A stretch of DNA of 64,000 nucleotides from Phaeosaccion multiseriatum (Eukaryota; Protista; Ochrophyta, other classes), in contig OZ218950.1 of the NCBI GenBank assembly GCA_965112735.1, positions 3,782,001 to 3,846,000 on the forward strand. The letters are read 5' to 3'. The notes below the pieces were generated by a model, which was not told where the DNA came from, did not search any database, and was given only the letters and a program-made list of their open reading frames with translations. The position numbers and the translations under genes were made by a program. Below, piece by piece: positions 12,218 to 23,928 of the stretch (positions are counted from its first letter, which is position 1; the number at the start of each line of letters is the position of its first letter).

Positions 12218-15129
12218 ATGGTAGTGAACGGGGCCATGAGCTCTGCAACGGCGCTGCTGACCGTGATGTTGGTCCTGGTATGGGCGCCGCGCCCGTCGGA
12301 CTCGAAGTGCACGTCCATCGTCGTCAGCAAGGGGGCGAGCGCATTCGGCGGCACCATGACCACCCACAATGTGGATTGTACGTGGTAGGCGAGGTCTGCT
12401 GTCTCCCCCCTGTTGCTGCTGTTTCTGGTGCTGCTGGATCAAGTTGGGGCTGGACTCACATTTATCATGTTCGTGGTAGAAAGCTTTGTTCGCGGTGCAG
12501 ATGTGTCGCAGTCAATATAATGATTCCATCCTCTGCCCGTCGGCGGGCTGACTACTGTACTTTTCTCTCCCGCTCCGCCCCTACGCACTCCCCCTCCCCC
12601 CTTCCTTCCAGGTCTGGACTGTGACCACAGACTGGTGCGTAAGGAAGAGGGGGAGTGAGTTGGCGGCCTTTGCATGTGTGGTGGGCCTTTCTTGCTACTG
12701 CATTTGTGGATGGGCCTTTGTACGAGCATTGCGGACCGCTTTTTGTGTTGTTCTCTGTGGAGAGCAAAGTGATTGTGTATTGCGCAGCCCATGGTAGGGG
12801 GTGATGCCCCTCAGCCCCTGTGCAGCAGCAGCAGCAGCTGTAGTTCTGAAGTATTCAGGACATTGCATCTGATTGCAAGCCGTCGAATAGGGCGACGATT
12901 GCGAAGCTCGACTTGGATGCTTTACGCCGCCTTGCCCGATTCCCTATGCTGATCCCCATGCGCTTTACTACTCTCTAGGGATACGTGCCTGCCCAAGACT
13001 GGCCAGAGGGCTCTAAGCGGAACGTGTACAAGTTTCGCTCCGCGTACCCTCGAGTGGGTAAGTGAGCGAGGAGTGCAGTGTTTTCGTTTGCTTCTATTCT
13101 ACTCTTGAGAGAGAGCCCCTCTTTCCTTTTCCTGCGAATGAATGAGTGTTCGAGCGCTGAAGCGGTGCAGCACCATGATTAGCAGCAGTGGCAGTCCCAA
13201 TATTGACCCCTCCCTGCGCGTTGTGCTGCTATGTTTGGCAGTGCAAGAAGATCGCGGGGAAACGTGGAAGGCGGAGAACCTCGATACGGAGCTGCCTCAG
13301 CGGGAAGCGTGGATGTCGGACGATTTCGAGCAGCGCCAGATTGTAGGAACCATTCCGCAGGCAAGTGGCTGGGGATGACGCATGGCTGTCTCGACTCGTG
13401 TGAGTTGAGTGTCTGTCTGGCCTGTATTCGTTCGTGGTCGTCTCTTCCAGCAAGAGCATTACTGTTTACTCCGTCTCCGGAGTTGGTTCTGACCCTCCTC
13501 TTTCCCCCTCTCCCCCTCCCTTCCCACCAGGCGAGCCACACATTCAGCAGCCTAGAAGGCCTGTACGGCATCATCAACGAGAAGCAGGTGGCCATCGGGG
13601 AGAGCACCTGCGGGTCCCCCTGGGTTAGCGGGCCCCTCACCGAAGATTGCCCCACCTGCAACGCCATGTTTGACATTAGCGAGCTGAGCCGTATCGCCAT
13701 GGAGCGGGCCTCCACCGCCAGGGAGGCCATTCAGATTATGGGGTCGCTGGCCGAGGAGCATGGGTTCTACGGCAGCGAGTGGGACGACTCGTGGGTGGCG
13801 CTGCTGGAGGCAGGCGAGTCTTTGCAAGTGACGGACCCGCAAGAGGCGTGGGTGTTTCACATCATCCCGGACGATACGTCGTACAGCGCGGTGTGGGCAG
13901 CGCAAAGGGTTCCGGACGGGCACTTTACCGTGGTGGCGAACCAGTTTATAATCCGCACTGTGCCCAAGGACGACCCAGACAATTACATGTACTCCTCCAA
14001 CCTCTGGGAGGTGGCGGAGAGGAACGACCTCTGGAAGGAAGGGGACGGGGTGCTGGACTTTTCGCTCGTTTTTACGCGGAGGCCGTACGACTACCCGCAC
14101 TTTGCCTACAGCGCCCGGCGCGCGTGGCGGACGTTTAATCTCTTGGCTCCGTCGCTGGGGTTGCCCATGTACACTGATACCTTGGAGCTGGACTACCCCT
14201 TCTCCGCGGCCCCAGACAAGCCGCTGACACCCCAGGACATTATTGGTGCGATGCGGGACCACTACGAGGGGACTCCCTTTGACCTGACCAAGGGTGTGGC
14301 AGCGGGGCCGTACGGAGACGTTGATCGGTACGACCCCGCCGCCTCTGCAGATGGCAGCGTCACTATGGACGAGGCGCTTTTCGGCGGGTACTTTGAGCGG
14401 AGTGTGGCGCTCTTTAGGACAGCCTACACCCTGGTGACGCAGAGCCGCGACAGCCTACCGGACCAGGTGGGCGGCGTGGCGTGGCTGTCGCAGTACAAGC
14501 CCAGCGTCAGCACCATGGTGCCAGTGTACGTGGGAACCACTGCCATGCCCACCCCCATGACCATGGGCTCGTTGTTCAAGTACACCAAGGAGTCCACCTT
14601 TTGGGCGTACTGCTCTGTGGGCAACTGGATGGCCAAGTACCGCATGCACATTTACCCCTTGGTGGAGGAGGCGCGCTCCGGCCTAGAGACGAAGCTCTTT
14701 GAGGGGCAGGACTCCTTTGAGAAGAACACAGCCGCCCTCCTTCTGGCCGGAGACGACGAGGCCGCCGCCGCCGCCCTCACCGACTACTCTGCTGTGGCAG
14801 CGGATGCCGCTTTGAGCACGTACACGGGCATGTTTTACGACTTGATTTCCGCCTTCCACGACGGCTACCACATGAACACCCCGGAGGCGGAGACCATTAA
14901 AATGACCAAGCTCTTTTACCCCAAGAGCTGGCTGGAGACGGTGGGCTTCTTCTCGAGTCTGGAAAAGGACGCCGCGGGGGGCGTCGAGCCCAGTGACGCG
15001 GCCAACGTCTCCTCCCAGACCTTTTACCTCAGCATCGCAGCCTGTGCCCTCGCCTTCTCCCTGCTGGGCGTGGTGGCCGGAAGGACATTCTGCTCGGGCA
15101 AAAATGACGGCTTTGAGCCCATCGAATAG
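12218..15129 (+). CDS. Peptidase family C69 (dipeptidase/secernin-like Ntn hydrolase), signal peptide plus C-terminal TM helix; exons 12218(or 12236)-12377, 12612-12634, 12979-13057, 13242-13360, 13531-15129
   Basis: Spliced N-terminus MSSATALLTVMLVLVWAPRPSDSK-CTSIVVSKGAS...THNVDCLDCDHRL-GYVPAQDW with the nucleophile Cys right after the signal peptide. Also YGIINEKQVAIGESTC, ERASTAREAIQIMG, WAAQRVPDGH and MRDHYEGTPFDLTKG. All junctions are phase-compatible. Confidence 0.9.
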
Positions 15130-15353
15130 TGAGTTAGGTTGAGGCGAAAGAATAGCAGTACAATAGTCCCTTGCAGCGAGGCAAGGGGCCTTCACTTTAC
15201 GGTTGGTGGTACGGTGGAGTGGGAGGGCGTGCAGCCCTGTGTACTCTTCTTTCCGTCGAGCAGAGCGAGGGAGTATTGTGGCAAGTCCCCGCTCTCAAAA
15301 AAACAACAAAAATATGTTTTTGCCGGAACGTTTCTGGAGTGCTATTTTTCGGC

Positions 15354-15456
15354 AGACCTGGGAATGCTCGAGTGGTCAAAGAGGTTGGACTTAAGTTTTC
15401 CAAACTGAGACTTCCAATAACGTAAGTTTTCGCGGGTTCGACTCCCGCTTCGTCTA
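15354..15456 (+). tRNA. tRNA-Leu(UAA) with 16-nt canonical intron (15396-15411); acceptor stem atypical, possibly a pseudogene
   Basis: D arm CTC-GAGTGGTCAAA-GAG; anticodon stem TTGGA/TCCAA with TAA at 15392-15394; variable arm AAC-GTAA-GTT; T arm GCGGG-TTCGACT-CCCGC; A73 discriminator. The acceptor stem pairs fully only if CTGG (15358-15361) is bulged out. Confidence 0.65.
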
Positions 15457-15570
15457 TGCAGTCGCGGGTTCGAAACCCCACATTGCCTTTTTTTCCCACT
15501 TTTTCTCCACTTTTTTTTTTTTTTTTTTTTTTTCCTTCCCCCTCCCTCCATCCTCCACCTCCCTCTCCCG

Positions 15571-15796
15571 TCGGCCCTGGACAAGGTTATCTGATTACTG
15601 ATTACGGCCGGCGCAGCCGGCCTGATTACTGATTATGGCCGGCGTCAGCCCGGTCTGATTACTGACTATGACCGGCACCAACCGGCCTGATTACTGATTA
15701 TGACCGGCGCTAGCCGGCCTGATTACTGATTATTGGCGCCAGCCGGCCTGATTACTGATTATGGCCGGCGCACACTGTAACCTTGTCCAGGGCCGA
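15571..15796. mobile_element. MITE-like element A: 19-bp TIRs, 6-bp TSD, internal ~32-bp tandem repeat (x6)
   Basis: TCGGCCCTGGACAAGGTTA (15571-15589) and its perfect reverse complement (15778-15796). CTCCCG flanks both sides (15565-15570, 15797-15802). The interior is made of CTGATTACTGATTA-tGGCCGGCGC-AGCCGGC units. Confidence 0.9.
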
Positions 15797-16866
15797 CTCC
15801 CGCAGATGGTACTAAGACGTAAGTAAAACCTGGGTGAACGGACAGCTAATCGGTTTTACTGCTAACTCTGAAGGATACGGGTTGTTTGAGGTTCTGATGG
15901 CTTTATTGTGCTTCCCTTACCCATGGCTACTCTGGACGCTGAGCCGAAAGTGACACGCACCTCTGGAAAGTGGAAAAAGGGGGGGGGGGGCGAGGGGGGG
16001 CCAATTTCCCCAGCGGACAGACACCCAATTCCCTTACGTGCCGTACTTACGTAGGTACTAAAAGTAATATCTTCCCCAGACTTTTTTCAAACCTCTCGGT
16101 TATGGCCTCTGCTGCCGCTGCTGTTCCGACTGCAGCGTCGCCCCCATTGCTATGGCCGGACAAGATGGTGGCTGCGGGAGCGGTTTCCTTCTTGGAGTTC
16201 AAAAAAGCCTTGGTTTGCCACGTGAGGGACCCAGAGAAGAGAGAAGAAGAAGAAGAATCTGAAGGAGGTTACCACGACGTGAAGAAACTTACCTACAATG
16301 ATGTCCATAAGTTACTCAAAGGTGTGAGTGGCACACCTGGTACCAGCAAGGAAGGACTGAAGGCTTTCTTGGCCGAGCTGAGGGGAGAGACACCAAGGTG
16401 AGCCACAGCAACATGTGAAGCTTGGGAACGACCTTTGGAGCAGACCCTTCCGAATTTCATGGTCTCACCCTTGCTTGTTCTTCGTCTTGTCATGGCAGGC
16501 TTAACGTGAAGGGGCTATCTGATGAATCCATCCTTGAGAGCATTGGGAAGGACCTTCCATCGATGACGTGGAATGACTTCCAGCAGGCGACGAATGGCGA
16601 CCACAAGACATTCAAGACTGAAAGAAAGGGAGACTGTCTAGTGATGAGTCTGATGGGACCTCTGACGTCGAGCCTGGTGGTAGTGGAGATGACGGCCACC
16701 CTGAGGAGAGGGGCAGAGCCACGACATTTGATGGAGGGCAGCGGAAGGGACCACTCTCACGTGCAACACAGGGAGCCGTCGAGGTAGGAGCGAGTGCCAC
16801 CACCACAACCACGAGCACCAGCAGCTTCAGAAGCATTAACGGCGGTAGCAGCAGCATTAGTAGCAT

Positions 16867-16903
<37 letters not shown>

Positions 16904-19900
16904 GAGGACGAGGATGAGGAGGATGCTGCTGCGAAGGCACGAGCAGCAGCAGCAGCAGCAGCTGAAGCAGCAGCAGCATGGAGGAATCTCCTGACGGGTG
17001 GCACCAAACCCCGAGAGGTAAACTCTTCGACACATGTGCCACAGCCGCCTGCGCTCGCGACTGCAGCAACGGCCATTGACCTTCGGAGTGTGAAGGATGC
17101 AAAGGGGAGGCCGCTGTCGAAGACAGCACGGCAAGCTTTGGCGCGGAGGCTCGCCAGCGGGCCATCCCCTCCATCAACAGTGGCTGCATCAGCGGGACAG
17201 CAACCACAATGTAGACGGCGATACGATGTCGAGGGGTCGACAGAGAAGGAACACATGGAAAAGGCTGTATCTGCTGTGAAGAATGATAATGTCAGCCTTA
17301 GGAAAGCGGCGCGGCAGTATGGAATCACAAAGACTGCTCTGGAGATTAGGTGCAAGGGACGGGTTGCTTCTGTGGCTGTTGGTGGGAAGGGCAATCAAGC
17401 CTTGCCTGCCTCAACCGAAGCGGCACTGGTGAGATTTGTTGTGGACATGGCAGACAGCGGCTTTGGGGTTGACTGGAACCATGTAGGCTCCCTGGCCAGG
17501 GGTATGGCCCATGCATTGGGAGTTGCTGCATTCGTGGCATCAGGAGGCTGGCTGTAGGGCTTCAAGCGCCGCCACCCAAGTTTAGTGACGCGGCGAGCCC
17601 AGCCCCTTGCGCTCACAAATGAAGCGGGGCTGCAACGACACGACAAGGAAGGAGTATCTAGACGAGGTTCTACCTAGGTGAGTCCACGTTCGTGTACATT
17701 CCTGGAGGGCAGGATAGCGCCCCGCCCCCCCCCCCGCGGCCCCCAAAGTGACTGGAGAGGGGGGTGGGGGCAGGGACAGGACAGAGGAGAGGCGCGTGCG
17801 ACAGGGAGAGGGCATAGGGAGAGGGAGAGGGCGAGGGCGAGGAAGAGGGGGAAGGAGGGAGAGAGAGTGTGTGAGGGAGAGAGGTCGGAGGGAGACGGAA
17901 GGAGATAAGGAGATAAAGAGGGAGATGAAGATGGAGAGGGAAGAGGGCAGAGAGAGAGAAAGGCCTGTACTCTCCCCCACCAAATGACTTCATCCATCCT
18001 TTCCCATTGTCCTCCGTATCACCACGATAATAATTGTTCTCTGCCTCGCTTGCTTATCTCCCCTTCCTTCCCCTCCCCTTCTCAGTATGTTGGCAAAGCT
18101 GGCTGTGGCATCCGGGTGTGAGGTGGGGGACCTCCAACCGGTGCAGTTCTGGAACAGCGATGAGACAGGCATGAATAACCAGCGCGGTGACATGACCGTT
18201 GTTGCCCAAAAGCGGCGCAACCATGTGCCAATGACAGATCAGGAGCGATCAAGTCACGTCACTCTGGTCGGTGCTGTCGATGCCGCTGGTGGATGCATGA
18301 GCCCGTTTTTCGTCATTGCTGGAGCACGGAGGCAGGCACACATTGCCAATGCGGACGCATCACCTGGCTCTGACGTGGAAGAGTCCTTGCCCGCCACAGC
18401 AGAGATCCATTACACGGAGAACGGATACGTCACCGACGAGCTCTGGACAGAAGCAGTCGTGCCGTTCTTCATCAAGCAGAAGCGAGCCCGCATGCAAGAG
18501 CAGGCGGGGCGCGATATGCCGATTTTGCTCTTGATGGATGGCTATGGTTCGCACACGATGACCCCGGATGCTCTTCACGCTATGCGCGAAGCCGGCATCA
18601 TCTGCGCATGCATGCCCGCGCACACATCGGGGGAGTTCCAACCTCTGGAAGTCAAAGTCTTTCGCCCTTTCAAGGCCGCTCTGAGGAGCGGTCTCTCGGG
18701 CTGGCAGCGACGCTTCAACAGAGAGAACATGAGCCGGCAGGAGCTTCTTGTTCTGGCCTCCGAGGCTCAAGGGGAGAGTCACAAGTCGGAAACCATCAAG
18801 TCCGGATTCAAGGCGACAGGCTTTTACCCGCCCATGTCTTTCGCCGACTTCACCAGCGGAAGGGCCCCTGCTGAAGGGTCCATCAGCAAGGCCTTTGCTG
18901 ACGTCACACGGGCCAGTGGAGACGCCAAGGCATCGCAGTTGCAGGAGATGACAAAGGCTTTCGACGCGAACATGCTTCAGCGAGTGGGCTCTTCGTCCTT
19001 CGCAGCCGACATGGTCAAAAACCCTCTGCTGGACCTTACACCTGCGCAGGCGAGGGAGCGAGTTGCGAAGGCACAGGAGCTGCTCATGACGGACGATGTG
19101 GCAGCTGTGCAGCACCTCCTTCTCCTTCCTCATGAGCATTTACAGTCTGTGGACAGACTATCGCAGCTAAGGCGCAAAAGCGCCGTTGCGAACCGCAAGC
19201 AGGGCGCCGCCGCAGCACGTCGCTTGAACGCCATCGGGGAGTCAACGTTGACGTGTAAGGACCTTAGCACGAAAGAGAGGGTCTCTCTACTGAGAGACAA
19301 GATGGCAGAGAGGGAGGAGGCAGCGCAGGAAAAGGCAGCGGCGGAGAAGAAGAAGGACGAAGAAGGTGTGACGGAGGCTGTCCTGAGAACTCTCGGGTCC
19401 ATTCCGAAGGGGAAGAAGAGTCTCTTGAAGGGAGTCTTTGGGCTTTCATCAACGCCCAAGCCAGCACGTCTGAAGTGCGCAAGAAGGCCCCCGACAAGTC
19501 GACCAAGAAGCAAGAGCTTCTCGCCTACGTGAAGTCGTATGTCGAGACAGATGCGCGAGCAGCAAGTTGGATAGGGGCGCCAGAGCCCGCTGAGACGGCA
19601 GAAAAGGGACATGATCTGGCAGCGTCTGCAGATGAAGAGGATGAGGCAACAGAGGACGAAGGGCAAGGAGAGGGCGATGTCAGCCCAACGGCAGCGTATG
19701 AAGAGGGGGCAGAGGAGGCCGCAGCGACATCCCCATCCCCCAGGGGGGGAAGGGGGGGGGGGGTGAGCGCTGGTGAGCGAGAGGCCCTGCACACACGCGT
19801 TGCAGACGTGGAGAGGACGGAGGGAGATGTGACGGGGGTGGGGAGTGGACGAGGGGCCGAGAGCGTCAGGAGCAAAGAGGGAGGCGAAGACAGTCGGTCG

Positions 19901-20083
19901 GCGCTGGAGGCGATGGCTGCAGGAGGAGGAGGGAACAGGCGTACCGGTGGACGAAGGAGAGGCCAAACAATCAGACGAAGGAGATAGAGGGCAAGAGGAG
20001 AACGACGACGTGGCACTAGTCTCGGGTGCCAAGTCTCCGGCGGGCAGAGCGCCGAAGCGCCCCAGGAGGGAGGGGAAGAAGAG

Positions 20084-20891
20084 TCCGCCCCTGACATGCT
20101 TCTGAGGGAGGCCAGCCCAGAAGCAGGAAGCAGGCCGGCTGGCGCAGGCCAGAAGCAGGAAGCAAGGGAGGGAGGGAGGGAGGGAGGGAGGGAGGGAGGG
20201 AGGGAGGGAGGGAGGGAGGGAGGGAGGGAGGGAGGGAGGGAGGGAGGGAGGGAGGGAGGAAGGGAGGAAGGAAGATGGGAGGGACGGAAGGAAGGAGGGA
20301 GGGAGGGAGGGAAGGACGGAAGGAAGGAGGGAGGGAGGGAGGGAAGGACGGAAGGAAGGAGGGAGGGAGGGAAGGACGGAAGCAAGGGAGGGAGGGAGGG
20401 AGGGAAGGAGGGAAGGAGGGAGGGAGGGAGGGAGGGAGGGAGGGAGGGAGGGAGGGAGGGAGGGAGGGAGGGAGGGAGGGAGGGAGGGAGGGAGGGAGGG
20501 AGGGAGGGAGGGAGGGAGGGAGGGAGGGAGGGAGGGAGGGAGGGAGGGAGGGAAGGAGGGAGGGAGGGAGGGAAGGACGGAAGCAAGGGAGGGAGGGAGG
20601 GAGGGAGGGAAGGACGGAAGCAAGGGAGGGAGGGAGGGAGGGAGGGAGGGAAGGACGGAAGCAAGGGAGGGAGGGAGGGAGGGAGGGAGGGAGGGAGGCA
20701 GGGAGGGAGGCAGGGAGGGAGGGAGGGAGGGAGGCAGGAAGGGAGGGAGTCGACCCTGGACAAGATTATCTGATTACAGGTCGGCCCCTGACATGCTTCT
20801 GAGAGAGGCCAGCCCAGAAGCAGGAAGCAGGCCGGCTGGCGCCGGCCAGAAGCAGGAAGCAGGGTCGCTTCAGAAGCATGTCAGGGGCCGA
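20084..20891. mobile_element. Composite MITE-like element B with 22-bp TIRs and 6-bp TSD GAAGAG, inserted in the transposase 3' end
   Basis: Left end TCCGCCCCTGACATGCTTCTGA (20084), right end TCAGAAGCATGTCAGGGGCCGA (20870-20891). GAAGAG at 20078-20083 and 20892-20897. Contains a (GGGA)n tract, a truncated end of element A (20750-20777) and a second copy of its own left end (20781). Confidence 0.82.
20165..20749. repeat. (GGGA)n / GGAA microsatellite
   Basis: About 580 bp of near-pure GGGA repeats, directly visible. Confidence 0.98.
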
Positions 20892-21110
20892 GAAGAGGGG
20901 TGAAAATTGAGGGTCGCGTACGTAATAATATCAAATACTTAACGTACTTCCGACTTCTAAAGGTGGCAATGTGTTCATAAGAGGCAGGGCTAAGACAGGG
21001 AGGCAAGTGCGGCGCCGGTAGTGGCTAAAGAAGAAAAAGGGGGGGGGGGGGGGTAGGGGGGTAGGCGCTGTCCGCAAAACGGGTGTGTCCGCCCACCCAG
21101 GTTTTACTCT

Positions 21111-22111
21111 TACTGGTAATACATTGTCTCCCTTCTAATCCACCACAGCCAAAGACGGGCCATAGATGTGCTATTTGATCAAACTGTGGGCATCGCTCAG
21201 GAAAATGAAGAGGCCTGTACAATCTGTTCATCTGTGGGGGTGAAAAGGGCCTTAGCTACACAATAACTTATCCCAAGACCTTTAGGCCTTCTACACGGTG
21301 GCTTGGATAAGGCTTGTATTAGGCTTATATTGCTGTCACCATCCATATCATAGCTATGGCTTCGCCACAAGCGTGGCCTGTCTGGTGCCGACTTGCGGTG
21401 TTCTACGCCCATACAGTAGCCCCACCACAATGAGAGCAAAGCAGCCTCAACCGTTCGTCTCCATCTCCTGCCTTGCAATGCACCTTCTCGCCACAACCAC
21501 ACCCCTACTCAGTTAGTTCCTCATCTCGGCCCCCCTGTGCCTGACCGTGCCGACTCGCACGCGCTCTCCATCAATCACCACGCCACCTCGCTCATTCACG
21601 GAGTGGACGGCCGCACCCAGCCAGACACCACAGGTGCCTCGTACACTCTTACCTTGTCCATGGTTGGTGAGAAGAACAACTTGAGCGAAGGGCAGGTGCA
21701 GCAGCTCGCGCTTGTCGTTGAGGGGCGGGGAATATCTGGGTCTCCTCGGTGTACGATAACGCACTGGCGCAACGCCGCGCAGGATATGCCCCCCACAACC
21801 TCTTGCAGCGGAGCTTCCGCCATAGCGCTTGTTTGGGACAGAGAATGATAGCGAGGGGGTGGGGGAGGGAGTGTGCAAGCGAGGGATTGAGAACGGGAGC
21901 TCCCTCCCCTTCTCACCTCTCCTTCAGCACGCACGCAGTCTCTCCCCAAACGAATCGCCCACTCATTCACTCATTCCCTCTCTACCTCAAAATACAACTC
22001 TCTCACCCACCCATCACTTCGCTACTCCCTCACTCACTCCCTCCCTCGCTCACCATGTTTCTCGTCGTCCCCTTCGTCGCCCACCCTCTCTCTCTCACTC
22101 ATTCCCTGGTT
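21111..22111 (+). repeat. Left arm of long diverged inverted repeat (continues at 15800-15814, on the far side of the pogo insertion)
   Basis: Colinear reverse-complement similarity to 37524-38638, from TACTGGTAATACATTGTCTCCC to CATTCCCTGGTT; many substitutions and indels. Confidence 0.92.
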
Positions 22112-22899
22112 CCCTTACTCGCCGTCCTTTGCCTTTGCTGCCCTGCCCCTCTCTCCTGTGCCAATCTTTGCCTTGCCCGTATGAACATGGTGAGCAGAGG
22201 AGTGCACGGGACAGAATTCAGGTGGAGGTAGAAAGCTTGGTCTGTTCCATGGACGTCGAACCTGCTCGCGGGTCTGATGATGCAGAGAAGGACGTTACCC
22301 ATAGCTGCTTGGGCTTCAACAAGGGGCGAGGCATGGTGGGCATGGGGGGACATACCATCACGTAGCTTCAGAAGCCTTACCTCTCCTCCCTGACAACCTG
22401 CGGTAGCAAGCGGACGAGTAGTACACGAGCCAGCAGGAGCACCAGTAGCAGACGTCGGGAGATGAGATTCAGCTGGGGCACTGCGGTGGATTAGATCCAC
22501 CCGCCGTTGCTCCAACCGTCGTTCTGGTTTTCTAGCCATGCCAGGGAGTCGGAGCCCCGCTACTCCGTCGAACCTGCTCGCCTCTTGCTCATGGACGGGC
22601 GGAGTCGATGTCGGCCGCCGGCGTCTGTGGCCTCGGCGTGGGTTGGGCTGCAAGGACAGACGGGGGAGGAGGGGGTTCTTCGTGGGCACTTGCATATTGT
22701 CGAACACTCACCCTCTCTTTCTCTCTCCACTCTATGCTGCTCGTCTTTGCCCGTCAGCCCTTCTCGCTCCGCTCTCACTCCCCAACGATCCCTCCGTCCC
22801 TCCATCATTCGCCATGCCCATCCTATACTTCTCCCCAAACAACCCATCTCCGCTCCCTGCCCCCCCTCTCGCCCGCAGCCCATCCACTTTTCTCATCAT

Positions 22900-23525
22900 C
22901 CAGCCCAGCTTCTTCGCGTGGACCCTGAGCCTGCTCACCTCATGCTCAGGAGACGGGCAAGGGCTCTTGCGGCGTGGGTAGGCATGCAGGGGCACACGGG
23001 GGAGGGAGGAGGAGGTCAGCTTAGCACTGCATAAACATTACGCCAGGCAGGCAATGCAATGCGTCTCTACGCACTCTCTCCCACCCTCACCGTCATCCAC
23101 CAGACCTGACTGGCCCCTGTGCCCTCTTTCGCGCTTCCTGCCCCCCTCTCCCCCCATCTACGTAGCTCTGGCCCATGGCTGTACGGGCGAGGTCTAGACT
23201 CTCACTCTTTCGCTCCTTTTCTCTGCTGTCGAGCTGCTCCGGTCTAAAAGCTAAAAGAAAAAAAAAAAAAAGGGGAGAAAAACAGAAAAACTGAAAAAGA
23301 GTAACGGCAATAAAAAAACGAGAGAGGAAAATCTCTTTCCTGCTTGCTTTCATCACCATGATCGAAGACGGTTGAGTCCATAATGTCCCCGTCCCTACTG
23401 TCGCTTCCATGAACGCCACCTCCGTGCCTATGTGCCACCTGCCTCTTGCTCCGCCGCTACGGGACCTCCACTGGTTGTTGAAACGAACCTCATGTTGACG
23501 TCGCCACTGTTTGCTCTTGCCGTTG
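22900..23525 (+). repeat. Diverged direct repeat, copy 1 (copy 2 at ~35713-36235)
   Basis: Shared ordered blocks: GACCCTGAGCCT, GGAGGTCAGCTTAGCACTG.ATAAACATTACGCCAGGCAGGCA, CTGCTGTCGAGCT.CTCCGGTC, AAAAAGAGTAACGGCAA, CTGTCGCTTCCATGAACGCCACCT. Boundaries approximate. Confidence 0.85.
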
Positions 23526-23928
23526 CCGGGCGAGAGTTCCAGGCTACGTACTGGGCGAGGCCACCGGAGTCCTCGGACAGGCTGAATGATGTTGCGGAGA
23601 GGGACCGATTTTCCGCCGCCCGCCATTACTCGCTCAACAAGTATCGGCGATGGATGGTAGTGGACTCACTCAGCAAGTACGGGGATGGCGGTGAGTGGGA
23701 GAGGAGGTGGGAGAGCTCACTTATCCTCCCTGAGGGAGAGGGTTGGGGCACACGTGAGCTGGGCCATTGCCCTGGCGCAAGTCGTGCTAAGGAGAGGGGA
23801 GGAGCCATAGATGGTCGTAAACGACAACATGCACCGAGCCTCACACGCACCGTTTCTCTCTCTCCACTACACAAGGGCCCGGAGAAGCACGGAGCTTTGA
23901 TCAGCAGCAGTTATGTCCGACGGAGCAA

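Larger units (their letters stand above)
16102..20903 (+). pseudogene. pogo/CENP-B-like DDE transposase pseudogene (HTH-psq, CENP-B HTH, DDE_1)
   Basis: MEKAVSAVKNDNVSLRKAARQYGITKTAL (psq HTH); ASGGWL*GFKRRHP with an in-frame TAG at 17555-17557; FWNSDETG, LLLMDGYGSH, PAHTSGEFQPLEVKVFRPFK. Frameshifts in the 3' part and a MITE insertion just before the stop at 20901-20903. Confidence 0.88.
15815..21110 (+). mobile_element. pogo/Fot1-like (Tc1-mariner superfamily) DNA transposon, degenerate
   Basis: TIR core AGTAAAACCTGGGTGAACGGACA (15822-15844) versus TGTCCGCCCACCCAGGTTTTACT (21086-21108), 21/23 match. TA at 15813-15814 and 21111-21112. The joined flanks reproduce the uninterrupted sequence at 38621-38651 (reverse complement). 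Confidence 0.88.

Noticed and set aside
15590-15775. CRISPR-like array of ~32-bp repeats
   Set aside because: No unique spacers, no cas genes and a eukaryotic context; it is the tandem interior of a TIR/TSD-bounded MITE.
15778-20768. MITE-A ends (15778-15796 and 20750-20768) as the TIRs of the pogo transposon
   Set aside because: Element A has its own 6-bp TSD; the real pogo TIRs with TA flanks are at 15815 and 21110 and are supported by the empty-site match.
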